IMG/VR virus record: IMGVR_UViG_3300045988_159436
Source of the DNA: a virus
Strand: one strand, 5' to 3'
Length of the DNA: 64,000 nucleotides
A program made the position numbers and the translations under genes. Shown piece after piece: positions 19,491 to 28,072 of the stretch (position 1 is its first letter; each line of letters opens with the position of its first letter). The notes under the pieces are model-generated. The model had not been told where the DNA came from and did no database searches. It saw nothing but the letters and a program-made list of their open reading frames with translations.

Positions 19491-19742
19491 ATGGAAACTA
19501 AATTATTAATTATTTTAGAAAGTTTAGAAAACAAAGGGGATATAAATTCTGAAATAGATTTATCTGAAACAGGTTATACTCCAAAAGTTATTAAAGAAGC
19601 ATTACAGTCTTTAGGTTATAAAATGGTTAGTGGTTCTTGGGATTGTTACGATTTTTCAGAGGAATATGAGAAAGAGGGGGCATCAAATGTGGTGCTATCT
19701 TTTAATGCAGAAACTTTTAAATTCACAATAATGGGGGTATAA
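19491..19742 (+). CDS. hypothetical protein
   Basis: ORF. Confidence 0.4.
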   Translation: METKLLIILESLENKGDINSEIDLSETGYTPKVIKEALQSLGYKMVSGSWDCYDFSEEYEKEGASNVVLSFNAETFKFTIMGV

Positions 19743-19768
19743 AAATAACACTAGAAGATATTGCAGTA

Positions 19769-20065
19769 ATGAGCGCAAAAGTTCCGCAAGAATTGTTAAT
19801 TTCTTATATACAAAATGTGTCTTTAATTTATCTTATAGCGATTTTTGTTGGCATCCTTTTCTTGGTATCTGTTATCCTTTTTCTGGCATATTGGTTAAAG
19901 AATGGGTTAGAAACGTTAGATGAGGGGACATTAACTATTATCGCACTTTTTTTAGTAAGCACTTCTCTTTTTACTATTGGAGCTTCTTTTCAGGCTTTTG
20001 AAAGTTTTATTTTTTATTTTAATTGCTATTTTAATCCATTAGTTATGATATTACAGGCGGTGTAA
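19769..20065 (+). CDS. membrane protein
   Basis: three hydrophobic segments. Confidence 0.4.
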   Translation: MSAKVPQELLISYIQNVSLIYLIAIFVGILFLVSVILFLAYWLKNGLETLDEGTLTIIALFLVSTSLFTIGASFQAFESFIFYFNCYFNPLVMILQAV

Positions 20066-20070
20066 AAATA

Positions 20071-20277
20071 ATGTATAAAGTTTGGGTAGTAATAAGTGGA
20101 AAAAAATACTGGATAAAAAGTGCTGATTTTTTCCAAATTAGTGGAACGCAAATTGAAAACTCTGATGATGTAAAAATTTATCTTACTAAGGAAGATGCAG
20201 AAGAGGCATTAAAGCAGGTTCGTATAGATATGAGAGGGACAGCTACAGATTCAGGAATATTAGAAATTATGAAGTAA
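20071..20277 (+). CDS. hypothetical protein (paralog of 20290)
   Basis: MYKVWVVISGKKYWIK vs MAYKVWITARGKKYWVTK. Confidence 0.4.
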   Translation: MYKVWVVISGKKYWIKSADFFQISGTQIENSDDVKIYLTKEDAEEALKQVRIDMRGTATDSGILEIMK

Positions 20278-20289
20278 GAGGTTATAAAA

Positions 20290-20562
20290 ATGGCATATAA
20301 AGTTTGGATAACAGCACGTGGGAAGAAATATTGGGTAACAAAATTTGTAAACATTGCAGGAGTTCTTGAAATTCATTTTACACAAGATATAACAGATAAT
20401 GTAGCTATATATCCCAGTAAGGATATAGCAAGACGAGCATTAATAGCTACTTTAAATCATATACCAGAAGCTGTAGAAGGAGGAATGTTGGAAATTCCTG
20501 CAAAAATAATTAAAAAAAAAAGGTTGACAAAAATCCGAAAGTATGCTATAATAGACATATAA
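20290..20562 (+). CDS. hypothetical protein (paralog of 20071)
   Basis: ORF with RBS gaggttataaaaatg. Confidence 0.4.
   Translation: MAYKVWITARGKKYWVTKFVNIAGVLEIHFTQDITDNVAIYPSKDIARRALIATLNHIPEAVEGGMLEIPAKIIKKKRLTKIRKYAIIDI
20524..20552 (+). promoter_or_regulatory. consensus promoter inside the 3' end of the upstream gene
   Basis: TTGACA-17-TATAAT. Confidence 0.5.
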
Positions 20563-20582
20563 ATAAAGAGTAAAAACAATGG

Positions 20583-20609
20583 GGAAGCTCTGAAAGGGCT
20601 TCCTTTTTA
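20583..20609 (+). terminator. hairpin plus T-run about 30 nt downstream of the promoter
   Basis: ggaagc-9nt-gcttcc then ttttt. Confidence 0.3.
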
Positions 20610-20691
20610 GCATATTGAATGGAGGGTTGAAATGGTAGAGAATAAAATGCCATTATATTTCAATGCTGGGGAATTGGGCGGGGTGAGATGA

Positions 20692-22569
20692 ATGGCTTAT
20701 GAAGCTTTCACTGGTGAAGAGTATATAGATACAGATTTAGTAGCGAAACTAAATCAAAATTATGATGCTTGCGGAAAACTGGCAAGTAAAAACACATGGT
20801 CAGCAGATAATGACTTTACAGCAGGTTTGACAGTAAACAAAACTCCTACAGTAAATACTGATGTATCGAATAAAAAATATGTAGATGATAGTATAGCTAA
20901 CGGAGATGTAAATTCGGCTAAATATTTAAACATAACGAATTTTATCCCTTCAAATAGCGATTTTAATGATTACAAAACTCCTGGAAAATATCAAGTACAA
21001 AGCTATACAGTAGCAAGCACAATGGCAAATATCCCCACTAGCTATAATGATGCAACGCCAAGGAGCGGTGTATTAAGTGTATTGATTGGATTTAATGCCC
21101 TTAGAACAAGTTTAGTCCAGATTTATCGAACTTATGGGAGTAGTTATGTAGTTTCAAGAACGTATCAACGCTGTTTTTACCATGAAAATAGTCGTTGGAC
21201 TGCATGGCGAGAAATTGCTTGTACTGATGAAGTAGGCTTATTAAATCAAGCAAATACCTATACAGCATTAAATATTTTCAGGGCAAATATTGGCGTATCT
21301 AACGGAACTGCGGCAGGTAGCAGTGGTACTGTAAGTTTTGGTGTTTCTCCGACAGGTGAAACAGTACAAGCAAGAATTGGAACAGATAATTTAGGTGGAT
21401 TATTTTATTACGCAAGCACAAATCAACCTCATGTATTTAGAGTTGGAACGAATAATAATGTGTTTGTCATACGTGACGATAATACAAAAGTAACTTTTTC
21501 TAGCAATAATAAGTCCTTTGCAACGGTCACACATGATGGTGTTGCAAAATGGTTAGGTAATGCTAATACAGCAACAAAGTTACAAACCGCACGCACAATA
21601 AATGGAGTATCTTTTGATGGCACAGCAAACATTACAATAGCTGACTCTACAAAGCTCCCTATTGCTGGTGGAACAATGACAGGTAATTTAACACTTAAAG
21701 GCAATCCAACAGCAGATTTGATGGCGGCTACAAAAAAATATGTAGATGATAGTGTTGCAAGTGCAACAGCTGGTTTACTGAGTTCTAACAATATTTGGAC
21801 TGGCAGTAATACATATAATAGGGATATTCATATAACAAATGGTTCGTCCGCTGGTTCGAGTGGTACGTTATATTTAGGTGTTAAACCTGCGAATGAAACA
21901 GTACAAGCAAGAATTGGAACAGATAATTTAGGTGGATTATTTTATTACGCAAGCACAAATCAACCTCATGTATTTAGAGTTGGAACGAATAATAATGTGT
22001 TTGTCATACGTGACGATAATACAAAAGTAACTTTTTCTAGCAATAATAAGTCCTTTGCAACGGTCACACATGATGGTGTTGCAAAATGGTTAGGTAATTC
22101 TGCCACAGCAACAAAACTAGCAACTGCAAGGACTATCACAGCAAATCTTGCAAGTAGCACTGCTGGTAGCTTTGACGGCTCGGCAAATATAACAGTCGGA
22201 GTTACTGGTACTTTACCAATCGCAAATGGTGGAACAGGTTTAACTTCTGCTCCTTCTATGTTAGTAAACCTTGCTAGTACAACAGCCACATCTCCGTTAC
22301 AGGCATCTCCACGTCCAGGTGTGACAGGGACTTTACCGATAGCAAACGGCGGCACTGGACAGACAACAGCGGCAGGAGTAAGAAATGCTTTAGGGCTGGG
22401 AAACACGACAGGAGCAGTTCCTATAGCAAATGGAGGAACAGGTGCAACAACAGCCGCCGCCGCAAGGACTGCATTAGGATGTGCACCTGCATATACCTAT
22501 AGTACAACTGATTTAACCGCTGGAAGCTCTAAATTAACCACAGGCACACTTTATATTGTGTATGAATAA
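20692..22569 (+). CDS. tail fibre protein with repeated domains
   Basis: 625 aa; N-terminus like 13093; three GTLPIANGGTG motifs; exact 205-bp internal repeat. Confidence 0.6.
   Translation: MAYEAFTGEEYIDTDLVAKLNQNYDACGKLASKNTWSADNDFTAGLTVNKTPTVNTDVSNKKYVDDSIANGDVNSAKYLNITNFIPSNSDFNDYKTPGKYQVQSYTVASTMANIPTSYNDATPRSGVLSVLIGFNALRTSLVQIYRTYGSSYVVSRTYQRCFYHENSRWTAWREIACTDEVGLLNQANTYTALNIFRANIGVSNGTAAGSSGTVSFGVSPTGETVQARIGTDNLGGLFYYASTNQPHVFRVGTNNNVFVIRDDNTKVTFSSNNKSFATVTHDGVAKWLGNANTATKLQTARTINGVSFDGTANITIADSTKLPIAGGTMTGNLTLKGNPTADLMAATKKYVDDSVASATAGLLSSNNIWTGSNTYNRDIHITNGSSAGSSGTLYLGVKPANETVQARIGTDNLGGLFYYASTNQPHVFRVGTNNNVFVIRDDNTKVTFSSNNKSFATVTHDGVAKWLGNSATATKLATARTITANLASSTAGSFDGSANITVGVTGTLPIANGGTGLTSAPSMLVNLASTTATSPLQASPRPGVTGTLPIANGGTGQTTAAGVRNALGLGNTTGAVPIANGGTGATTAAAARTALGCAPAYTYSTTDLTAGSSKLTTGTLYIVYE
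21357..21561 (+). repeat. 205-bp exact repeat copy 1 (copy 2 at 21896-22100)
   Basis: identical sequence, in frame, 539 bp apart. Confidence 0.85.
21896..22100 (+). repeat. 205-bp exact repeat copy 2
   Basis: identical to 21357-21561. Confidence 0.85.
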
Positions 22570-22581
22570 AGAGGTGCGAAA

Positions 22582-23193
22582 ATGGCAAAAAGCATTTATA
22601 TAGGTGTAGATGGTAAAGCAAGAAAAGCAAAGAATATATACATTGGAGTAGACGGCAAGGCAAGAAAAGTCAAAAAAATGTATATAGGAGTAAATGGCGT
22701 AGCAAGATTATGTTACACGTCCGAAGTAACAGTAACGGTCACAATCGTACAATCAGCAAATCAAACAATAACAGTAATTTGCAATGGCAATTCATATACA
22801 TCAACATTCACAGCAGAAGCAGGGTCAACTTATACGGCAAGTATATCAGCAAGTACAGGTTATAATGCAGGCACATTAAGCAGTACAAGTGGAACATTGA
22901 CAGATAATATCACTATTAGTGCAACAGCCGCTACCTTGAAAACCTATACTTATACGATTAATCAGCCTACAGGTGGAACGATTACTGTTACAGTTGATGG
23001 AGTTGCATATACATCAACCTTTACTGTTCAGCATGGCAAAACTGCAAGCAATTTGTGTACGCCGAATAGTGGATACACCTTTAAGACATTTACATTGTCA
23101 GGAAGCTATCAAACTGCAAGCGCAAATACATTAGCAATAAATGGCGATGCTGAAATTGGAGCTGTATTAGAAAAGGAGGACGAAGATGTTTAA
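22582..23193 (+). CDS. hypothetical fibre-associated protein with 3 N-terminal IYIGVDGKARK repeats
   Basis: ORF, RBS agaggtg; Thr/Ser-rich. Confidence 0.4.
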   Translation: MAKSIYIGVDGKARKAKNIYIGVDGKARKVKKMYIGVNGVARLCYTSEVTVTVTIVQSANQTITVICNGNSYTSTFTAEAGSTYTASISASTGYNAGTLSSTSGTLTDNITISATAATLKTYTYTINQPTGGTITVTVDGVAYTSTFTVQHGKTASNLCTPNSGYTFKTFTLSGSYQTASANTLAINGDAEIGAVLEKEDEDV

Positions 23194-23461
23194 TTGGTTG
23201 ATAAAATTATTAGGCGGGAAAACAAAATCGGAATATGAAGATATGCAAAAAGAACTAAATGAAAAATGTGCTAAATTATCAAACACATTAGACAGTTATG
23301 CGAATCTTGATTTTGTTGCAAGTGGTGAATATTCTTTTAGTGTAAAAGCAAATTCACCTTATAGTATTTTAGTTAAAAAAGGTCAAAATCTTATAATCAC
23401 TGGTTATAACAAAGATGGAGAGCTTTTAGAAAAAATTGATGTAAATAAGGAGGACGAATAA
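23186..23461 (+). CDS. hypothetical protein
   Basis: ORF with RBS aaggagg. Confidence 0.4.
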   Translation: MFNWLIKLLGGKTKSEYEDMQKELNEKCAKLSNTLDSYANLDFVASGEYSFSVKANSPYSILVKKGQNLIITGYNKDGELLEKIDVNKEDE

Positions 23462-23481
23462 AATGTTTAATAAATTAATTA

Positions 23482-23490
23482 GGGGGGGGG
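23482..23490 (+). repeat. G9 homopolymeric tract (possible slipped-strand switch)
   Basis: 9 consecutive G between ATG 23463 and the body of the downstream paralog. Confidence 0.6.
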
Positions 23491-23505
23491 CAGGCAGATA
23501 AAGAA

Positions 23506-23997
23506 TTGTCTGTCAGCCGTCTTCCAAAATTACAATTACACGCACTAACTGATAATCCTATGAATATTACAGTCACAGGGAATATTACGGTTAGTGCGAC
23601 ACTAGAAAATAGTGGACAAATAGGTTTAACGGTCGGTCAATATACTTATGGCGGAAATCATTGGCAGTACGGTTATAGTAGCGCAGACTATGCATCAGAT
23701 CAAGTATATGGCAGTCTAAGTCCTGATACGTTCTATGGAATTAAAATAACTTCATTAATCGCAGGATTAATAGTTGATCCTAGTAGTCAGCAGCCTTTGC
23801 TACATATACTATTGATATCTTTTGCTAATAGTTTAAGTCAGAGTTCGATAAAAGTGACAATTAATAATAAGACTTATACGCTTAGTGCCCCTAATGGAAG
23901 CGCCTATTATTATGTAAATTTACCTGATAATGATACATCATTAGTGATGTGGTTACAATCACAGGTAGGTAAGACCATAACTGTAAACCTAGAGTAG
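23506..23997 (+). CDS. fibre-tip-like paralog 1 (ALTDNPM family)
   Basis: conserved ALTDNPMNITVTGN N-region; in the current G9 state it lacks a canonical ATG/RBS. Confidence 0.45.
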   Translation: MSVSRLPKLQLHALTDNPMNITVTGNITVSATLENSGQIGLTVGQYTYGGNHWQYGYSSADYASDQVYGSLSPDTFYGIKITSLIAGLIVDPSSQQPLLHILLISFANSLSQSSIKVTINNKTYTLSAPNGSAYYYVNLPDNDTSLVMWLQSQVGKTITVNLE

Positions 23998-24025
23998 CAT
24001 TATTTTCAATATGTAATATTCCTCT

Positions 24026-24466
24026 GTGAGAAATCGGAGGAAAAAGATGGCTTTGACAGACAATCCTATGAGTTTAGTGGTTACAGGCAATGTAACAGTT
24101 GGGGCAACATTAGAAGCAAGTGTACCGACTACTGAAACAAGATTGTTGAGTACTATGGATGTGAATACAACGGTTACTATTACAGTGCCTGCGGGTGTAA
24201 AAGTATTAAAAGTATCAGGTGCTGTAGACCATGAACACGAAGGTGAAGTAGCTTTAGATGTATATTCAGTAAATAGCAAAAAATATTGGTTATCTGTATA
24301 TAATTACGGATATGCTAGTGATATTTGGTATGTAGGAGTTACACCCAATAAAAGTTATACATTAAAGTTATCAACTGATAGCGAAACTGGCACTGAATCT
24401 GGAAGTGTAACTATTAGTTATTCACAATCAATTAACAATCAAACGCCTAAAGTAACCGATTACTAA
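24026..24466 (+). CDS. fibre-tip-like paralog 2
   Basis: RBS ggagg; MALTDNPMSLVVTGNVTVGATLEAS; ends ..VTDY. Confidence 0.5.
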   Translation: MRNRRKKMALTDNPMSLVVTGNVTVGATLEASVPTTETRLLSTMDVNTTVTITVPAGVKVLKVSGAVDHEHEGEVALDVYSVNSKKYWLSVYNYGYASDIWYVGVTPNKSYTLKLSTDSETGTESGSVTISYSQSINNQTPKVTDY

Positions 24467-24487
24467 ACTCAAAATCTGCCGTATATT

Positions 24488-24901
24488 ATGGCTTTAACTG
24501 ATAATCCAATGTCAATTATCGTGACAGGCAATGTCACCATAGGAGCTAGCTTAGAGGCTAGTATTCCTAGTGGGGAAGTTACTTTAGCACATGGCAGTAC
24601 CTTTACAGTTCCCGCAGGAATAACAGTATTAAGAGCTTCATTTAATCAATCTGGATATTTAAGTTTGATTACGTATGTAGGTGTAACACCCAATAAATCC
24701 TATAAATTGTATTCTAATTGGACTGAATATAATTATGGAGAAGGTGAAGAATACTTGTTGTATAATGCTAACAATAATAAATCTTGGATTGATTATACTA
24801 TAGGCAATTTAGATGTTGATACTGGTTACACTGAGCTGAATTTTAAACTCGAATGGTCGCCTACTATCAATTCACACGCAGTAGAAGTTACAGACTATTA
24901 A
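24488..24901 (+). CDS. fibre-tip-like paralog 3
   Basis: MALTDNPMSIIVTGNVTIGASLEASIP; ends ..VTDY. Confidence 0.5.
   Translation: MALTDNPMSIIVTGNVTIGASLEASIPSGEVTLAHGSTFTVPAGITVLRASFNQSGYLSLITYVGVTPNKSYKLYSNWTEYNYGEGEEYLLYNANNNKSWIDYTIGNLDVDTGYTELNFKLEWSPTINSHAVEVTDY
24534..24569 (+). repeat. 36-bp inverted repeat, left copy
   Basis: exactly reverse-complementary to 25203-25238. Confidence 0.8.
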
Positions 24902-25353
24902 TAATCAGTAATATTAGGAGATTTCGCATTAATAGTTGGAGACCAAGATATCAAAATTCTAGCTCTATCATCCCTAGCACTTATCCAATATTTACTAGAG
25001 CTAGAATAATAGCAATAATAAAAATCATTGCTACCAACCACGACTGTTAACGTATATGTTTTTCCACCAGTTACTCCTACATAATTAGGAGATTTTTCCC
25101 CCACATCCTGAACTTCAACAACTTTTATATTAGTGGGTATAGTCACACTCCATTTATTTGTAGAGCCCGGCGATGAATATGTAGGAGATTGTACACTTCC
25201 TGTAGGAATACTAGCCTCTAAGCTAGCTCCTATGGTGAGGGGATTTAAGAAAGGAATTGTAGATGGTAAAAATACTAATAATGGTACTATTTTTCTTGTT
25301 CCCCACATTAGCGGATGCTCATGTTGTAATGGGTGGTGATAGGGGAGAAACAA
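24898..25353 (-). CDS. fibre-tip-like paralog 4, inverted (N-terminus degenerate; alternative start 25308)
   Basis: reverse-strand ORF sharing TIGASLEASIP and C-terminal ..ITDY; tail-to-tail with paralog 3. Confidence 0.45.
   Translation of the reverse strand: MFLPYHHPLQHEHPLMWGTRKIVPLLVFLPSTIPFLNPLTIGASLEASIPTGSVQSPTYSSPGSTNKWSVTIPTNIKVVEVQDVGEKSPNYVGVTGGKTYTLTVVVGSNDFYYCYYSSSSKYWISARDDRARILISWSPTINAKSPNITDY
25203..25238 (-). repeat. 36-bp inverted repeat, right copy
   Basis: reverse complement of 24534-24569 within otherwise diverged paralogs. Confidence 0.8.
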
Positions 25354-25850
25354 TGAAGAATATAAAAATAGTAGAAAATTATTTTAAAAATAATTTTAAT
25401 TTAACTTTACATAGAGATGTTGCTGTTATTAATGTTGGTTCAGTAAAAGAATATGCGGATTTGTTAAAATACTTTAAAATAAATAATGCAGAAGAAATAG
25501 CTCAAAAAAGTGGAGCGGTAACATCTCGAAATTCTGTAATAGTTATAAATACTGCTGGAACAGATAAGAGTGATAGATTGTTTCTTTTAGCGCATGAAAT
25601 GACACATCAATATCAGTTCCAGCAGAAGGGAAAAGCGGCTACAGAAGATATGGCAATGCTTGAAGGATTTGCTGATTTAATAGCCAATGACATAAGTGGA
25701 GCTTACATATCTATTGAAAATTATGGAATAAAGCGGGAAGATTTAAAGAGTTATTCAGATTTCAACGAAGCACAAAAACAGTATGGAAATAAGGTATATG
25801 AACAGGCAAGATATTATGCAAGAAAAGAGAAGTTTTTAGATTATTACTAA
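25263..25850 (+). CDS. secreted zinc metallopeptidase-like protein (HExxH)
   Basis: N-terminal signal-like hydrophobic segment; LLAHEMTHQ motif. Confidence 0.4.
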   Translation: MVKILIMVLFFLFPTLADAHVVMGGDRGETMKNIKIVENYFKNNFNLTLHRDVAVINVGSVKEYADLLKYFKINNAEEIAQKSGAVTSRNSVIVINTAGTDKSDRLFLLAHEMTHQYQFQQKGKAATEDMAMLEGFADLIANDISGAYISIENYGIKREDLKSYSDFNEAQKQYGNKVYEQARYYARKEKFLDYY

Positions 25851-25913
25851 GGAGCGTATAAAATGACTCATAGTGTGGGGAAAGTTGATAAAAAATAAGG
25901 AGGATGCTTTATC

Positions 25914-26129
25914 TTGAAAATTGTAGATAAGTTTTATATTCGGTGTGTTAGTTATTTTGCACAAGAAGAGTGTGAAGAGTTGTGTTTACAGTTATTTCAA
26001 TTAAGTGATGAAGTTCTTGCCTTATCAAATGAAGTAAACATAATGCTATTTGATTGTTTTGATTTAAAGAAAGTATACTTAAATCAACGAGCATTAAATT
26101 GTTTAAGGAAAGCGGAAATTTGTCCGTAA
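25914..26129 (+). CDS. hypothetical protein
   Basis: RBS aaggagg. Confidence 0.4.
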   Translation: MKIVDKFYIRCVSYFAQEECEELCLQLFQLSDEVLALSNEVNIMLFDCFDLKKVYLNQRALNCLRKAEICP

Positions 26130-26482
26130 GAAATGAGGTTAATATGAAGGAATATCTATATAAGATATTTAAATTAGTTTTTAAAAATCGTTATGATAAA
26201 GATGTATTAAAACTAAAAGATGAAATTTATGAATTACGCAAAGAAAAGGTAGAAAAAGTTAGAGAATGTGAACAAGTTAGACGTGAATTAATGGGAGTTA
26301 AAAAAAGAATGTCAGCTTTAGATAATTCTAGATTAGAAGATGAAGTAAAGGTAAATGAATTAATAGCCCATTTAAAAGAATGTGAAGAACAAATAGAAGA
26401 ATTAAATGAAAAAGTAAAGAATCTTCAAAGTAAAAATAAAGGCTTAACAACACAGATAAAAAACATGAAAGAAGGAAAATAA
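26099..26482 (+). CDS. coiled-coil protein
   Basis: charged heptad-like sequence. Confidence 0.35.
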   Translation: MFKESGNLSVRNEVNMKEYLYKIFKLVFKNRYDKDVLKLKDEIYELRKEKVEKVRECEQVRRELMGVKKRMSALDNSRLEDEVKVNELIAHLKECEEQIEELNEKVKNLQSKNKGLTTQIKNMKEGK

Positions 26483-26585
26483 TATGGGACTCTACACAAA
26501 ACTAAAGAATGCGGCAAATAATTTCATAGAGGTTATGTGTAGAGGTTTGGAACGTCTACACTATCTGTAAGAACGGAGGGGTGTA

Positions 26586-26897
26586 GTGAATAGGGATTTT
26601 GAGACAGAATTAAGAGAAGATTTAGCAGTAATAAAAACAAAGCAACAAAGCAACTCAGAAAGTCTTGGAGTGTTCTTAGAAAAAACACAAACACAAGAAG
26701 TAGAATTAAAGACAGTAGAAAATAATATAAAGACAATTTTCAAAAGATTAGATGAAATGAGAGCAGAAGCAAAGGAAAATAAAGTAGAGCTAAATAAAGT
26801 TATAGATGATAAGTGTTCTGATATTTTTAGATTAGCAACATTTTTATCAGGAATAATAAGTATGTTTATAAGCATACTTGCACTTATTTTAAAGTAA
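26586..26897 (+). CDS. membrane-anchored protein (holin/antiholin candidate)
   Basis: GTG after ggagggg RBS; single C-terminal TM. Confidence 0.35.
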   Translation: MNRDFETELREDLAVIKTKQQSNSESLGVFLEKTQTQEVELKTVENNIKTIFKRLDEMRAEAKENKVELNKVIDDKCSDIFRLATFLSGIISMFISILALILK

Positions 26898-26909
26898 TGG
26901 GGTTTTATA

Positions 26910-27251
26910 ATGTTTGAGAAGCTAAAGAATATTATCAAATCAAAAATTCTTGTAAAGCCTAGAATTGCTGGTGGGAGTTTAAAGCTTCTCTATATAATGA
27001 TTGCATTAATAATAACAACTGTTTTAGCTTATATATTTGCTTGGGCATACCAAGCGATATTTAAAGGCGTAATAGCATTACCTGATTTATTAGCCTTAAC
27101 GAAAGTTTTATTCTCCCCAGAAGCAATCGCCGCTATATTCTTTTATGGGGCATCCATAATAGATAAAGACGGAGATGGAGAGAGCGACAAATTAGAAAAA
27201 GAAGCACAGAAGGAAGATAAAAAAGAAGGTGGATGTAATGTACGAAAGTAA
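26910..27251 (+). CDS. holin (2 TM, charged C-terminus)
   Basis: two TM segments plus DGDGESDKLEKEAQKEDKKE tail; immediately upstream of the endolysin. Confidence 0.55.
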   Translation: MFEKLKNIIKSKILVKPRIAGGSLKLLYIMIALIITTVLAYIFAWAYQAIFKGVIALPDLLALTKVLFSPEAIAAIFFYGASIIDKDGDGESDKLEKEAQKEDKKEGGCNVRK

Positions 27252-27690
27252 ACATTGGAGCGTAACAGAATGGGATTGTTGGCGCAGAAACAGTAATGAA
27301 TATGCGTGGGACAATGAAAATGGGAAGTTATGCACGAATAATGAAAAAACAGCAAATTTATTTAAAATATTAGATATGCTGAGAGATTGGAATTTTAATT
27401 GGGTAGTAAATACTACAGTTTATCACTCTGAGTATGGAACAGATTTCAAATCTGGTTATAGAACTGTAGACGATGGCGTTAATGCGGCGTGTGGTGGAGC
27501 ATTAGGAAGTTATCACACGAAAGGATGTGCCGCAGATATTCATATCGCTGGTCAAGATGATACTGATACTGCTTTAGCAGACACCGTTTTAGCGGCGGCA
27601 AAAGCGTGGGGATTAGAAGACCAGTTAGGAATAGGTTATTATGGTGATTGGATTCATATAGATACCAGAGGAGTAACTTCGAGATGGTAA
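27229..27690 (+). CDS. endolysin, peptidase M15 (L-alanyl-D-glutamate / D-Ala-D-Ala peptidase family)
   Basis: SYHTKGCAADIHI ... DWIHIDTR zinc-binding His/Asp motifs. Confidence 0.65.
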   Translation: MDVMYESKHWSVTEWDCWRRNSNEYAWDNENGKLCTNNEKTANLFKILDMLRDWNFNWVVNTTVYHSEYGTDFKSGYRTVDDGVNAACGGALGSYHTKGCAADIHIAGQDDTDTALADTVLAAAKAWGLEDQLGIGYYGDWIHIDTRGVTSRW

Positions 27691-27728
27691 TAGGAGGAAC
27701 TGCAAGAATAGTCTTGTAGGAAAGAAAT

Positions 27729-28043
27729 ATGGTTAGTACAATTACAGTAGATAATTTTAAGTGTAAATGTTGTGGGGCAACGCCTAAAGTGAGTAAACGG
27801 CTGTTGAAAATATTGAATGATATACAGACAAACGTTGGCTCTGAATTAACAATATTATCACCTACTTGTAAAGACCAAGAATTTAAAAAGTTATTAAAAG
27901 CTTGTGTCATTTTAGTTCCTAAACTTTATACTGTTGATGATTTAGCGGACTTAGCGATACTGTATAACGCAGATGGTATAAGAAGGTTATATAAATATAA
28001 AGCAGTATATGTAGATGTTTTAGGAAATAAAATGGATTATTAA
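27729..28043 (+). CDS. hypothetical protein
   Basis: ORF, RBS aggaaag. Confidence 0.4.
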   Translation: MVSTITVDNFKCKCCGATPKVSKRLLKILNDIQTNVGSELTILSPTCKDQEFKKLLKACVILVPKLYTVDDLADLAILYNADGIRRLYKYKAVYVDVLGNKMDY

Positions 28044-28070
28044 TCCCTTACTAAGTAAGGGATTTTTTTT
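28043..28070 (+). terminator. rho-independent terminator
   Basis: atcccttac-taa-gtaagggat followed by T8. Confidence 0.6.
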
Positions 28071-28072
28071 AT

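Noticed and set aside
21429-22406. Reverse-strand ORFs 21429-21791 and 21966-22406 with identical C-termini
   Set aside because: They are mirror images of the exact 205-bp repeat inside the + strand tail-fibre gene, not genes.
23989-25339. ORFs 23989-24279 (-), 24853-25050 (+) and 25133-25339 (+)
   Set aside because: They are out-of-frame overlaps of the fibre-tip paralogs and the inverted copy, with no independent signals.
26533-27910. Reverse-strand ORFs 26533-26736, 26561-26938, 27143-27355 and 27479-27910
   Set aside because: They are antisense to well-supported + strand genes (membrane protein, holin, endolysin) in a window where all supported genes but one are + strand.
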